From Planctomycetota bacterium (lineage in GTDB: Bacteria; Planctomycetota; PLA2; JAEUHO01), in assembly GCA_965222115.1 (NCBI GenBank), contig CBDCTJ010000007.1:576001-640000 (forward strand): DNA of 64,000 nt, written 5' to 3'. Under the pieces are notes generated by a model. That model had not been told where the DNA came from. It did not search any database and saw nothing but the letters and a program-made list of their open reading frames with translations. Made by a program: the position numbers and the translations under genes. This document shows positions 17,690-27,996 of the stretch, one piece after another. Positions within the stretch are counted from its first letter, which is position 1. Every line of letters begins with the position of its first letter.

Positions 17690-20173
17690 TTAGATATCGA
17701 GTTCAGTGACTTCCAGCGCGTGGCGTTCGATGAAGGCCCGACGGGGCTCAACGCTCTCGCCCATGAGCAGACTGAAGAGTCGATCGGCCTCCACGGCATC
17801 GGACAGACGGATACGCATGAGCGTGCGGCGATCGGGATCCATGGTGGTTTCCCAAAGTTGATCGGGATTCATCTCGCCCAAGCCCTTGTAACGCGTCACG
17901 TCGATTCCGCGTTGGCCCGATTGGCGAATGGCCTCCAGGACGTCCCGCAAACACTCAAACTCGGCGGGTTCCTGGCCCTCGCGTTGAAGCTGAAAACGCA
18001 ACTCGGGCACACCGCTGCTTGCAAACCAGTGCTTTACGCTTGGCCCAAACCCCTCAATCTCCCTGGCAACGTCTTGAAGGTCGGACGATGCGTAGAGTGG
18101 GGTTAACGTTACGTCGGCCGCTTCACCGCCCACGTCGATGTCGTCGTCGGTGGAGACCACGTGAATGTCCTCGCCCTTTCGAAGCGCGCGTTCCTGTTCC
18201 AAGAATGCGTCCAGTTCTGCCTGACCAAACAAGAGCACATGGTTGTCGGGGTTCAATGAGCTAATCGCAAGCGTGGTGGGGAAACTCCCGTCTTCTCGCA
18301 TGGCCGCAACGTAGTCCTCCGCAGGCACACCGCGCTGGTAGACCGAATGGAGCAACGTTGCGAACCGGCTAAGCGCGGTCACCAAATTCTTAAGACGGAC
18401 ACCCCCTATCGCCGCGTAGCTGCCATGTGAGCCCGGCGTGAGTGCCAACGACTCGGCGCCCAACTCTTCCAACCATCGTTGGAGATCGTCTTCCTCGAAA
18501 ATCCAGCGTTCGGACTTGCCCTTCTTCACGCGGTACAGCGGCGGACACGCCGCGTACACCTTCCCTTCTTCAATCAAGGGGCGCATGTGCCGGAAGAGAA
18601 ACGTGAGCAGCAACGTTCGAATGTGGCTGCCGTCCACATCGGCGTCGGTCATGATGATGACACGTGCGTAGCGGCATCGCGTGGCGTCAAACTCTTCGTT
18701 GCCAATGCCCGTACCCAAAGCCGTAATGAGCGCGCGGATCTCCTCGTGGGCCAACATCTTGTCAATGCGCGCCTTCTCGACATTTAGAATCTTTCCGCGC
18801 AAGGGAAGGATCGCTTGAAAGAACCGGTCGCGCGCCATCTTGGCCGAACCACCTGCCGACTCCCCCTCCACCAACATGATTTCGGTTTGCGCGGCGTCGC
18901 GGCTGGTGCAATCGCTAAGTTTTCCGGGAAGTCCGCCACTACTCAGCGCACTCTTACGCCGAACGAGATCGCGCGCTTTGCGAGCCGCTTCGCGCGCCTG
19001 AAAGGCCTGCAAGACCTTATCGAGGATCGCTCGTGTGGATTTGGGGTTTTCTTCGGCAAAGATCTTGATGCACTCGCCCCACACCTTTTTCACGATGCCT
19101 TCGACTTCGCCGTTTCCAAGTTTGGTCTTGGTCTGACCTTCAAATTGCGGATCGGCGACCTTGACCGATACCACGGCCGTCAATCCCTCACGGTAGTCAT
19201 CACCGCTGGGCTTGCCCGGCCCCTTGAAAATGTTCTCACGCTTCGCATACGTCGAAAGCGCCTGCGTCAACGCGCTCTTAAATCCAGAGACGTGCGTGCC
19301 GCCCTCGCCGGTGCGGATGTTGTTGGCAAAGGAGTGAATGTTTTCCTGATACCCATCATGAAACTGTGCCGCAATCTCGACATTGACGCCTTGTTCGACG
19401 CGGTCCACGTAGATCACGTCTTCATGAAGGACACGTCGCCCCTCATTGAGCATAGTCACAAATTCCTGGATGCCGCCTTCAAAGCGAAACGCGTGCGCGT
19501 GCGCAGGATCCGTCCGCGCATCAGTGAACTCAATCAAGATGCCTTTGTTGAGGAAGGCCAGTTCGCGAAATCGCGGCGCCAGTACATCGGCGTCGAAGCC
19601 GCGGTCGCCAAAGATCTGACGATCGGGTCGAAAGGTCACAATCGTGCCGGTCTTCTGGGTGGACCCGCCCGACGTCATAGGGCCGGTCGCAACGCCACGA
19701 ACGAAGGACTGCGTGTGAATCTGACCGTTTTGATGGACCTCCACATTGCATGATTCGGAAAGCGCGTTGACCACGCTGGCTCCGACTCCGTGGAGACCGC
19801 CTGACACCGCATAGACATCTTTCTTGAATTTCCCACCTGCATGCAACGTCGTATACGCAACAGTAAGGCCCGGCTCACCTTGCTTGGCATTGATGCCGGT
19901 GGGAATTCCACGCCCGTCATCGGTCACGCTGACCGTGTTTTCGGGATCGATTCGAATGTGAATCTCGTTGCAAAACCCAGCCATCGCTTCGTCGATCGCG
20001 TTGTCAACAATCTCGTACACCAAGTGATGCATGCCGCGTTCGCCGGTGTCGCCGATGTACATGCCCGGGCGCAAGCGGACCGCTTCAAGACCTTCAAGTA
20101 CCTGAATGTCGTCAGCCGTGTACTCGCGAGGCGCCGTACCGGGCGCCTCCTGAGGGACATCATCCGAAGCCAT
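17690..20173 (-). CDS. gyrB: DNA gyrase subunit B
   Basis: LEGLEAVRLRPGMYIG, EIVDNAIDE, LHAGGKF, SGGLHGVG, VEGESAGGSAK, PLRGKILNV, MTDADVDGSHI, RYKGLGEMN; AGAAAGG upstream of the ATG at 20173. Confidence 0.97.
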   Translation of the reverse strand: MASDDVPQEAPGTAPREYTADDIQVLEGLEAVRLRPGMYIGDTGERGMHHLVYEIVDNAIDEAMAGFCNEIHIRIDPENTVSVTDDGRGIPTGINAKQGEPGLTVAYTTLHAGGKFKKDVYAVSGGLHGVGASVVNALSESCNVEVHQNGQIHTQSFVRGVATGPMTSGGSTQKTGTIVTFRPDRQIFGDRGFDADVLAPRFRELAFLNKGILIEFTDARTDPAHAHAFRFEGGIQEFVTMLNEGRRVLHEDVIYVDRVEQGVNVEIAAQFHDGYQENIHSFANNIRTGEGGTHVSGFKSALTQALSTYAKRENIFKGPGKPSGDDYREGLTAVVSVKVADPQFEGQTKTKLGNGEVEGIVKKVWGECIKIFAEENPKSTRAILDKVLQAFQAREAARKARDLVRRKSALSSGGLPGKLSDCTSRDAAQTEIMLVEGESAGGSAKMARDRFFQAILPLRGKILNVEKARIDKMLAHEEIRALITALGTGIGNEEFDATRCRYARVIIMTDADVDGSHIRTLLLTFLFRHMRPLIEEGKVYAACPPLYRVKKGKSERWIFEEDDLQRWLEELGAESLALTPGSHGSYAAIGGVRLKNLVTALSRFATLLHSVYQRGVPAEDYVAAMREDGSFPTTLAISSLNPDNHVLLFGQAELDAFLEQERALRKGEDIHVVSTDDDIDVGGEAADVTLTPLYASSDLQDVAREIEGFGPSVKHWFASSGVPELRFQLQREGQEPAEFECLRDVLEAIRQSGQRGIDVTRYKGLGEMNPDQLWETTMDPDRRTLMRIRLSDAVEADRLFSLLMGESVEPRRAFIERHALEVTELDI

Positions 20174-20281
20174 ACGCATTCGCCTTTCTGGGCTCGTTGC
20201 ACCGTCGTCACAGGGCGAGCCGATTCGCTCACCCGGCGTACTCAAGCGCTCGTACCGCGGCCTCAAATCTGAGCCGAAGGG

Positions 20282-20719
20282 CTAATCCCTCGCCGTGCCT
20301 GGAATCCCAAAAAACTGGGCTGGGTCGAGCACAAACCGCAATCCCACCAGGGTAATCGAGGGGGCAGCTTCTCGGAGCATTCGAAGCAATCGATCGCGGT
20401 GGTAGTTGACCAATTCATCGCGCAATGCGCTGGATTGGACGGCGATTTCAAGCACACCTCCTCGAATTCGGCGAAGACGCGTGTGATCACGCCACGCGGG
20501 CGTCGCACACCGCCGCCAAGCCTCGTGGAGTGCCTTCGTCACGTGTGCAGAGGGCACGCCGGCGTCCTCCAATGCCCGACCCAAGACGGCCTCGATGGGC
20601 TCCGGCGGGTGGCTGGATCGCGTGCCTTTCTTTGATCGTCTCAATGAAAAGCGATTGGCATGACGCGGCCCGCGGGGTTTCGCGGGTTGCTTAGAAGGTT
20701 CATGGGGCGGATGGGACAT
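20282..20719 (-). CDS. DUF721/DciA family protein
   Basis: AWRR...HTRLRRIRGGVLEIAVQSSALRDEL; typical position between dnaN and gyrB. Confidence 0.8.
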   Translation of the reverse strand: MSHPPHEPSKQPAKPRGPRHANRFSLRRSKKGTRSSHPPEPIEAVLGRALEDAGVPSAHVTKALHEAWRRCATPAWRDHTRLRRIRGGVLEIAVQSSALRDELVNYHRDRLLRMLREAAPSITLVGLRFVLDPAQFFGIPGTARD

Positions 20720-20801
20720 TGTTCGCTTTACACGGAGGTAGGAGGCGATTCAACGCGAACTACTCGCATCGAGTAACTCGTCATGGACCTACATGTTTTA
20801 A

Positions 20802-21965
20802 TCATTCCAGGTCCACAAGCCCCACGACATACGCGTAGGAATCATTGTCGGACAAGAGGCACGCACGCTTGCCCTTCCCGCATGAAATCGTTACTTCGGC
20901 GCTGGGATCCATGACCTTCAACCCATCCTGCAGCAATACAGGATTGAACCCGAGCCGCTGCGGTGACCCGTCATACGTAGCTGGAATCACGACATTGGCG
21001 TGCCCGATTTCTGTAGCACGCGTTCGAATGGAAATCTCATCTTGATCAATCAAGAACTCGACCGACATGGCATCACGCGTCGTCATGAGTAATGCTTGAC
21101 GAATACCTTGGAGCAACTGGGCAGCAGGGACGCGCACGGTGCAAACCATGTCGGTGGGAATCACGCCGTCGATCGGCGGAAACGCCCCTTCAACCAATCG
21201 CGATACGACCATGCAATCATGAACGCGGAAAAACACTTGACGGTCGGCCACCGCCATGTCCACGCCAGCCGTCGGGCGTGCATTCAACATGCGGTCGACA
21301 AGTGTGAGTGCTTTCGGCATGACGATAAATGCAAGCAGCTTTGCCCCGTCGCTGCTTGCATTGGATTTGACGCCACGCTTACTGTTTTTGTCCTTTGGAG
21401 GCGTTTCGGCTACATGCCGCTCTTCGATGCGCGCCAAACGACGACCATCGGTCGCCACCATTTCGGTGCCCTCCCCCGTCTGCGCATAGCGCACACCGTG
21501 GAGCGCAAAGCGGCCCGGTTCTTTGGCCGTAGCGAACACCGTTCGTCGAATCATGTTCTGGAGCGTAGGTCCCGCTACCGAAACATCGGGCGACTTGGGA
21601 AAAAAAGGAAGTTCAGTAAACTCCTCATACCGCTCCCCGCGTATCTGAAAGTGACTCCGCCCCGTATCCAAAGCTAGGTTGCCACCTTCATCAACCAATG
21701 TGGTTTCGTCTTCGCCGATTTCGCGAACAATGCTGGCTAGCCGTGCAGCAGGCACGACCAGCGTGCCTGCTTCCTCAACCACCGCATCAGAAAAATGAAA
21801 ACGCACGCCTACGTGCATGTCCGCAGCCTCTACACGGGCACCAGTGGTTGGGTCTGCGTGAATCGCAACGCACTCGTGTATCGGTTTGGTACTTTTTTGC
21901 GAGGCCACGGCTGCCCCATACCCCACACCCTCCAACAAAATCTGAGTTGGGATCTTTATTCGCAT
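20802..21965 (-). CDS. dnaN: DNA polymerase III beta sliding clamp
   Basis: MVATDGRRLA, SRLVEGAFP, IRRTVFAT, GFNP; GAGAGGT upstream of the ATG at 21965. The track's 193-aa N-terminal extension runs through oriC and is spurious. Confidence 0.93.
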   Translation of the reverse strand: MRIKIPTQILLEGVGYGAAVASQKSTKPIHECVAIHADPTTGARVEAADMHVGVRFHFSDAVVEEAGTLVVPAARLASIVREIGEDETTLVDEGGNLALDTGRSHFQIRGERYEEFTELPFFPKSPDVSVAGPTLQNMIRRTVFATAKEPGRFALHGVRYAQTGEGTEMVATDGRRLARIEERHVAETPPKDKNSKRGVKSNASSDGAKLLAFIVMPKALTLVDRMLNARPTAGVDMAVADRQVFFRVHDCMVVSRLVEGAFPPIDGVIPTDMVCTVRVPAAQLLQGIRQALLMTTRDAMSVEFLIDQDEISIRTRATEIGHANVVIPATYDGSPQRLGFNPVLLQDGLKVMDPSAEVTISCGKGKRACLLSDNDSYAYVVGLVDLE

Positions 21966-22407
21966 GTCGAAGACCTCTCTCGTGCCGTGCCGCATGCCAT
22001 TGAAATCACACTGGGCATCGTGCCCGTATGGCTTCGCAATAAAACGTTTAATTGAAAATTGGTAGTAGTCATAGGTCCGGTCGGATTGTGGGAAAACGCG
22101 ACAGGACGCGCGTAACTGACTTTGTCCTCGAATGTTATGCGAAGAGGACGACATGTACACAATGGTGAATTGATCCGCACACCGCGGCGAGCCTTGTGCG
22201 CGAATCGTAGCTTCTTGGCGTGGCGGGAGGGCCATTGGGTTATTGCGTACCCAACGGGCACTCGCGACACGCAAGGTTTCCACTTCTCCTGCGCAGGATA
22301 TTCCACGGGCCGCGCACACTCGGTTGTGGGTGATGGCGTCCGACCTGAGAGCATATTGACGCACCCACAGGCTCGGCCAGAAGACATTGGAGACGATCGA
22401 TCTCGGG
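21966..22407. other. Probable replication origin oriC (dnaA-dnaN intergenic region)
   Basis: Minus strand reads TTTCCCACA (DnaA-box-like, 22087-22095), ATCCGACCGGAC, CTA TGA CTA CTA (DnaA-trio-like, 22063-22074), then an AT-rich tract (22038-22060). This is the layout of the known basal unwinding element. Confidence 0.75.
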
Positions 22408-24039
22408 TCATGCCAGCAAGTCTTCGAGACGAGCGAGATCGCTTGCAAACTCGGGGTTCTTATTTCGTTCGCGGTCCACCGTGCGAACGGCGTACAACAC
22501 CGTGCTGTGGTCGCGTCCACCAAAGTGGTCACCAATCTCTTCAAGCGAGAGTCGCGTCAACTTGCGTGCTAAGAACATAATGATCTGTCGCGGGCGTGAA
22601 ATTGAGCGACCGCGACGCTTTGAGCGCAAATCCGATACGCGGACATGGTATTGCTCGCAAATCAACGACGTAATGTCGTCCAACGTGACGCCTTGTCGTG
22701 CATTTCGAAGGGATGTCGAAAGCGCTTTCTTTGCAAGCTCCATCGTGATGCTGCACTGAAGAATGTCGGCGTGGGCGCGAATGGACTGAAGCGCGCCTTC
22801 CAGTTCGCGAATGTTGTTTCGAAAATTGGCCGCAATGAGCTCCTCGACATCAGGAGGCACGTCAATGCCGTATAGCGACGCCTTCCGCCGAACAATGGCC
22901 ATGCGGGTCTCGGTTTCGGGACGCTCCAATTTGGTGACCAAGCCCCATTGAAAACGCGACATGAGCCGATCCTCGAGATCGGGAATCTCGCGTGGGGCCG
23001 CATCGCTGGAGAGCACGATTTGGCGCTTGAGTTTGTAGAGGTGATTAAACGTGTGGAAGAACTCTTCTTGTGTGCGCTCCTTGCCCTGCAAAAAGTGGAT
23101 ATCGTCAATAACCAAGAGGTGTACGTTGCGGAATCGATCGCGGAACCGTTCGTGATCGTTGCGCTGCACACTTCGTACAAACTCATTGGTCAGCTCTTCG
23201 CACGACATCATGCATATGCGTTCTCCTGGCCGACGCACAACAAACTCGTTGCAAATGGCATGCAGTAGGTGTGTCTTTCCCAGACCTACGGAACTGTGAA
23301 GAAAAAGCGGATTGTACGCTCGGCCCGGATTGTCGGCGACTGCCTTGGCGCTTGCGTACGCCATGTTGTTTGACGGGCCCACCACGAAGTTTTCAAACGA
23401 GTAGCGCTTGTCCAGGGACGCGGTGCCGGCTTCGTAGGGGCTGTCGCTAAACGGGCGCGGAACGTAGCTATCATCGCGGGCTTGCCTCGCCGTGAGGCCA
23501 CTTTCGCCGGGCAGCGAAATGGTGCGCCGCGCGGTGACGCCACCGGCATCTTCGACCGACAAGCTGCCCTTCTCCTGAGCAACGCCCTCGCCTGCGGCCC
23601 TATTATTTTGGGCCGCGGAATCGTGGCTTTCTGGGGTTTGGGGCTCCGAGGGACTCGCCTCCGAGACGGCATTCGAGTCCGCTGACGCTGCGTGGTCCCC
23701 CGAGGGCGTGCTTGAACTCGCTTCCGCCGTGTCATTCGTCACGATTTGGGCATCCGGTACGATTTGGAAGGTGACCCGCACGGCGCCGCCGGTGAGTTGG
23801 GCGGCCTGTTCCGCAATCAAGGTCTGATAGTGCGCCATGTGCCATTCGTAGTAGAAGCGATTGGGTACGCCAATCACCAAGTGTCCCTGAATCCACGTCA
23901 CCACATGCAGTCGGCGAATCCACACGTCGTATTTGGCGGGCGGCACAAGTGAGCGCAAGGTGTCTTTGAGCATGGGGAACAAATGGTCTTGCTGCATGGC
24001 CGTTGATGATCGGCCCGATTCAGACGAGTAGTTGGTCAC
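22408..24039 (-). CDS. dnaA: Chromosomal replication initiator DnaA
   Basis: FENFVVGPSN, YNPLFL, GLGKTHL, IDDIHFL, QEEFFHTFN, NIRELEGAL, FGGRDHSTV; start GTG at 24039 (GGGGAGGG upstream) or ATG at 23997. Confidence 0.97.
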   Translation of the reverse strand: MTNYSSESGRSSTAMQQDHLFPMLKDTLRSLVPPAKYDVWIRRLHVVTWIQGHLVIGVPNRFYYEWHMAHYQTLIAEQAAQLTGGAVRVTFQIVPDAQIVTNDTAEASSSTPSGDHAASADSNAVSEASPSEPQTPESHDSAAQNNRAAGEGVAQEKGSLSVEDAGGVTARRTISLPGESGLTARQARDDSYVPRPFSDSPYEAGTASLDKRYSFENFVVGPSNNMAYASAKAVADNPGRAYNPLFLHSSVGLGKTHLLHAICNEFVVRRPGERICMMSCEELTNEFVRSVQRNDHERFRDRFRNVHLLVIDDIHFLQGKERTQEEFFHTFNHLYKLKRQIVLSSDAAPREIPDLEDRLMSRFQWGLVTKLERPETETRMAIVRRKASLYGIDVPPDVEELIAANFRNNIRELEGALQSIRAHADILQCSITMELAKKALSTSLRNARQGVTLDDITSLICEQYHVRVSDLRSKRRGRSISRPRQIIMFLARKLTRLSLEEIGDHFGGRDHSTVLYAVRTVDRERNKNPEFASDLARLEDLLA

Positions 24040-24371
24040 GTGAATGGATCCCTCCCCAGACCACGGCACCGCATACGGTGTACCATCGTCTGCCGTTGTA
24101 CTTCCTGCCGATTGGTATTCCCTGCCGAATGATCGCCTGTTTGGCTTAATGCCGAAACAAGACCGTGCACGCCAGAAGAAGCATCGCCGTGTTGCAACCG
24201 TGTGGGGCGCCGCTGGCAAGGGCGGGCCCAATGCACTCGTGGCATGCATTCCATGTCGTGAGGTGAGCCAAAACTAGTGCCCTCGTTGCGGGCCGTCAAC
24301 ATCGCAGACAGCAACCGCGTCGGCCCGGACCCGAACAATGTGTAGCCACTAAACGCGATACAATAGGATTA

Positions 24372-25556
24372 TCAGGAGCGGTAATGAGCTTTGGGCCCCC
24401 AAGATCGTATTCGTGAAACACCCTGGAATAGAGTTGACGTCACGCGTGATAGGTCCTTGCGGGTGAGCGTTGTTCCCATGGAAATTCGTATCGTTTGCAA
24501 GGCGGCGTCGTTTGCAAGTCCCATGGCCAACAATGTCGGACTGACATCGTTGCCGCCGAGTGCACACCGACTTCCGGTTGACATGGCGATGCCGGCAAGA
24601 TCCATATGCATCAACAACGATTCGCCCAAGCATCCTGGGATGTGAAACGTGCCAACACCAACACCGCGCGTGAGCGCATCACCGAGTAGCGTTGCGCCAC
24701 AACCTTCTTGCAGGGTCTGTGTCAGCTCGCGAAACTGTTGATCGATGCGATGTCGCTCCTCATGCGGTCGATACACGGCCACCGGAAGTGCGGCTGCGAA
24801 GGAAGCCAAGGCGACAACGCCATAGGAACCGGGTCGCAACCCTTCTTCCTGTACACCACTACGCGCGACCGGCTTCATGGCCACATCACCGTCAAGAATC
24901 ATGGCGCCCGAACCGGGCAGAGCCCCCACCTTCGCGCCGCTCAGCAATGTGACACCATAGGCGGATCGGCGCGGCAATTCACCGCAACGGCCGGGGGCCA
25001 ACGCCGCATCGCAAAGATGCGCGATGCCCCGAGATGCCAATTGTTCAGCCACCAACGAGTCGCCGTAAATCACTCCAGTATCGTGGTTTACAAGCGTAAC
25101 GGCGGCGAAGGCAAGATCGTCGCCCAGCATGGCGTCGAACCGTTCCCTATCGAGCGCGCCCTGCGCATCCAGAGGAATTTCCTCGACGGCGTAACCCCGA
25201 TCGCGCAGCGCGTCTACCGGTCCCGCCACGGCCGGGTGTTCGACAGGTGAGCGCAGAACACGCCGCTGCTTCGGCCCGGCACCGGCCACGAGAGAATTTA
25301 TCGCGAGCCGGGCAGCCTCAGTCGCGCCCGAGGTAAACACCACGCGCCGCGCCCGACACTCAAGACTTGCGGCGATCGCATCACGCGCATCTTCCACAAA
25401 CGCTCGAACGCGCCGGCCTTCCTCATGGGGCGAACTCGGATGTCCGGGCAATATAGATAGGGCACCTTCGGCTGCACGCCGCGCTTCAGGCGTTAGCGGT
25501 GTAGCGGCGACATGGTCGAGGTAGATTCTTGGAGCTGTGGGAGGATGAACATTCAC
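24372..25556 (-). CDS. Cysteine desulfurase-family PLP enzyme (IscS/NifS-like)
   Basis: IYLDHVAATP, VEHPAV, NHDTG, SGAKVG (PLP Lys), STGSRC (catalytic Cys); probable GTG start at 25556. Confidence 0.82.
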   Translation of the reverse strand: MNVHPPTAPRIYLDHVAATPLTPEARRAAEGALSILPGHPSSPHEEGRRVRAFVEDARDAIAASLECRARRVVFTSGATEAARLAINSLVAGAGPKQRRVLRSPVEHPAVAGPVDALRDRGYAVEEIPLDAQGALDRERFDAMLGDDLAFAAVTLVNHDTGVIYGDSLVAEQLASRGIAHLCDAALAPGRCGELPRRSAYGVTLLSGAKVGALPGSGAMILDGDVAMKPVARSGVQEEGLRPGSYGVVALASFAAALPVAVYRPHEERHRIDQQFRELTQTLQEGCGATLLGDALTRGVGVGTFHIPGCLGESLLMHMDLAGIAMSTGSRCALGGNDVSPTLLAMGLANDAALQTIRISMGTTLTRKDLSRVTSTLFQGVSRIRSWGPKAHYRS

Positions 25557-25619
25557 ACCACATACGATTCGACCACAACGCGACCTGCGCGCCGTGTTTT
25601 TGGCCACTGCGGAACCTGA

Positions 25620-26279
25620 ATGCCCAATTCGCGCTCGACCCCGCCCTCCCGGCACAGCCCGCCTCCGTGGGCAGACGCCGTTTTGTTGGTGGATAATTAC
25701 GACTCGTTCTCCTACAACGCGCGCGATCTACTTGAGCAACTGGGCGCACGTGTCGTTGTACGTCGAAACGATCAGCTCGCGGTGCGCGACGTCAAAGCGC
25801 ATCCACCGCGCGCCATCGTGCTTTCTCCAGGACCCGGTCGTCCACGAAGCGCGGGCGTGTGCATTGCACTTGTACGTGCGTTGGGCCCCGCGTGTCCGAT
25901 CCTAGGCATTTGCCTAGGCCACCAAGCCATCGCGGAAGCGTTTGGCGGTCGCACGATCCGCGCGGCCCATCCCATGCACGGGCAGGCGAGCGAGATCACG
26001 AGCCTTTCGCGTGGGCTCTTTCGGGATGGGCCCAAACGATTTTTGGCCGCCCGCTATCACAGCCTTGTGGTCGCGCCACATGCAGCGGGGCGCGATTTAC
26101 GTGTGACGTGTCGCAGCAAGGACGGTGAGATCATGGGTCTCGTCCACCGTCGTTACCCCGTTGAAGGTGTGCAATTCCATCCCGAGAGCTACATGACGCC
26201 TTGTGGCCCCGAACTCTTCGAGCGCTTTCTTGTGCGTGCCGGGTTTGACCGCGTTTCAGTTCGCCGCGTCGTCAGGTAA
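25620..26279 (+). CDS. Anthranilate/aminodeoxychorismate synthase component II (TrpG/PabA)
   Basis: DNYDSFSYN, LSPGPG, LGICLGHQ, RYHSL, GVQFHPES. Confidence 0.93.
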   Translation: MPNSRSTPPSRHSPPPWADAVLLVDNYDSFSYNARDLLEQLGARVVVRRNDQLAVRDVKAHPPRAIVLSPGPGRPRSAGVCIALVRALGPACPILGICLGHQAIAEAFGGRTIRAAHPMHGQASEITSLSRGLFRDGPKRFLAARYHSLVVAPHAAGRDLRVTCRSKDGEIMGLVHRRYPVEGVQFHPESYMTPCGPELFERFLVRAGFDRVSVRRVVR

Positions 26280-26290
26280 CGTGGCCGTCT

Positions 26291-27211
26291 ATGATGACCC
26301 CAACACCGTTTTTCGACATTGTGGAAGCTCGCCGCGCCGCCTTGGAAACTACGCTGTGCGTGGGCATTGATCCACGGCCCGAGCGCATGCCTGAGCGTAT
26401 CGTGAAGGAAGCGGGGCCCCACCTTGAAGACATCCTTACACGCTTTGGTATTGAAGTCATCGACCTGACGGATGACCAAGCGGCTTGCTTTAAACCCCAG
26501 ATTGCCTTCTTTGAGCGTCACGGTCTGCCGGGCCTGCGTGCCTTTGCGCGCATCCTTCACTATGCACGCGAACGCGAACTGCCCGTCATTGCCGACGTGA
26601 AGCGTGGCGACATTGGAAGCACGGCCGAAGCGTATGCCGAAGCGTTTCTTGTGCCGGGTGGCGACTTTGAGGTGGGCGCAATCACATTGAATCCCTACCT
26701 CGGTGGCGACTCGTTGGAGCCCTTTGTGAACGCCGCAGCGGTACACAGCAAAGGTCTGTATGTGTTGCTGCGCACGAGCAATCCCGGCGCCAAAGATCTC
26801 CAAGAGTTGGACCTCAAATCGGATGATGGCAAACCTAACGACAAGGGCGGCGAGCGCGTACTTGATCGTGTCGCGACCATGATTGGTCGTTTGGGGCAAT
26901 CGTTCGTGAGTGATAAGACGGGTCTGAGTCATGTGGGGGCGGTTGTCGGGGCTACGGCGCCGGCCGCCTTGACGTCTCTTCGCGCCGCCTTGCCCTCCAC
27001 CCCACTGTTGGTACCCGGGTACGGAGCACAGGGCGCCACGGCTACGGATGTAGCCGCGGCCACACGCGCCGATGGTAGCGGCGCTGTAGTGAACTCTTCA
27101 CGCGGCATCATTCATCCCCAACAACGCGATGGCCAAACCTGGCGTGACGCCGTACGCGCGGCGGCCATGCACGCGCGCGCCGAGTTGTACGAAGCCCAAG
27201 TCACGGTGTAG
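26291..27211 (+). CDS. pyrF: Orotidine-5'-phosphate decarboxylase (type 2)
   Basis: LCVGIDP, FKPQIAFFE, DVKRGDIGST, RTSNPG, GAVVGAT, LVPGYGAQG, NSSRGI. Confidence 0.95.
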   Translation: MMTPTPFFDIVEARRAALETTLCVGIDPRPERMPERIVKEAGPHLEDILTRFGIEVIDLTDDQAACFKPQIAFFERHGLPGLRAFARILHYARERELPVIADVKRGDIGSTAEAYAEAFLVPGGDFEVGAITLNPYLGGDSLEPFVNAAAVHSKGLYVLLRTSNPGAKDLQELDLKSDDGKPNDKGGERVLDRVATMIGRLGQSFVSDKTGLSHVGAVVGATAPAALTSLRAALPSTPLLVPGYGAQGATATDVAAATRADGSGAVVNSSRGIIHPQQRDGQTWRDAVRAAAMHARAELYEAQVTV

Positions 27212-27216
27212 CTCGC

Positions 27217-27996
27217 ATGAACATTCAAGTGACATCCTCTGCGTGGTTTGAACGCACCTTTGATCGCGCCTGGCTGGACGTCTACGCCCATCGCAATGAC
27301 CACGAGGCGGTTGAACGCACACCACACATTCAATCGTTACTATCCCTCCGGGCAGGTCAATCCGTTTTGGATGTGGGATGCGGCGCGGGTCGTTACGCTC
27401 GCGCGTTCGCCGCCCGCGGGTTTCGCGTAACGGGCATCGACCTGTCGCGCGACATGATTGAGGAAGCACGTCGCCAGAGCCCCCTACTTCCCGGCGCGCC
27501 GAGTTACATGGTGTGCGATGCACGCCGACTGCCATTTTATGGTCAGTTTGATGCCGCGATTTCCATGTTTACCTCATTTGGGTACTTTGATGCACGCGCC
27601 GATGATCGCGCCATGCTTTCGGGCATCCACCGCGCACTTCGAACCGGTGGCCGTTTGCTGTTGGACTATTTGAATACGCCACAGGTTCGTGCATCGCTGG
27701 TCGCCACGTCGCACGAGGTGACGCCAACATCCGAAACGTGGATCGAGCGGCACATTGACGAGACGTTTCACGATGGTCCGGTTGTGCGTAAGTCGGTTCG
27801 TGTCGTGGATCGCGCCACCGGGCGCGACGCAGTTCATTTCGAAGAACGCGTACGACTCTATACACGCGGCGAACTCGACCGCCTGCTAACCGACGCTGGG
27901 TTTTCGCTGGTGGGAGAACCTCTCGGCGACACCGACGGTCGTGCATGGAATGAACAGGCGCCGCGCTTTGTGCGGGTGGCGATGCGCACCTCGTGA
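27217..27996 (+). CDS. Class I SAM-dependent methyltransferase, candidate bacillithiol N-methyltransferase (NmbA-like)
   Basis: VLDVGCGAGR, GIDLS, FTSFGYF; overlaps bshC (GTGA). Confidence 0.85.
   Translation: MNIQVTSSAWFERTFDRAWLDVYAHRNDHEAVERTPHIQSLLSLRAGQSVLDVGCGAGRYARAFAARGFRVTGIDLSRDMIEEARRQSPLLPGAPSYMVCDARRLPFYGQFDAAISMFTSFGYFDARADDRAMLSGIHRALRTGGRLLLDYLNTPQVRASLVATSHEVTPTSETWIERHIDETFHDGPVVRKSVRVVDRATGRDAVHFEERVRLYTRGELDRLLTDAGFSLVGEPLGDTDGRAWNEQAPRFVRVAMRTS

Noticed and set aside
18815-19753. Long antisense or shadow ORFs (for example opposite gyrB, the bEBP, pyrF and the HEAT protein)
   Set aside because: Expected in GC-rich DNA opposite real genes; no motifs or RBS support.
21966-22544. 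N-terminal extension of DnaN in the ORF track
   Set aside because: It overlaps dnaA and the oriC elements; the SD and family length support the start at 21965.
24372-25556. Selenocysteine lyase assignment
   Set aside because: Cannot be distinguished from a divergent cysteine desulfurase by sequence inspection, and it is not linked to the selenoprotein gene.
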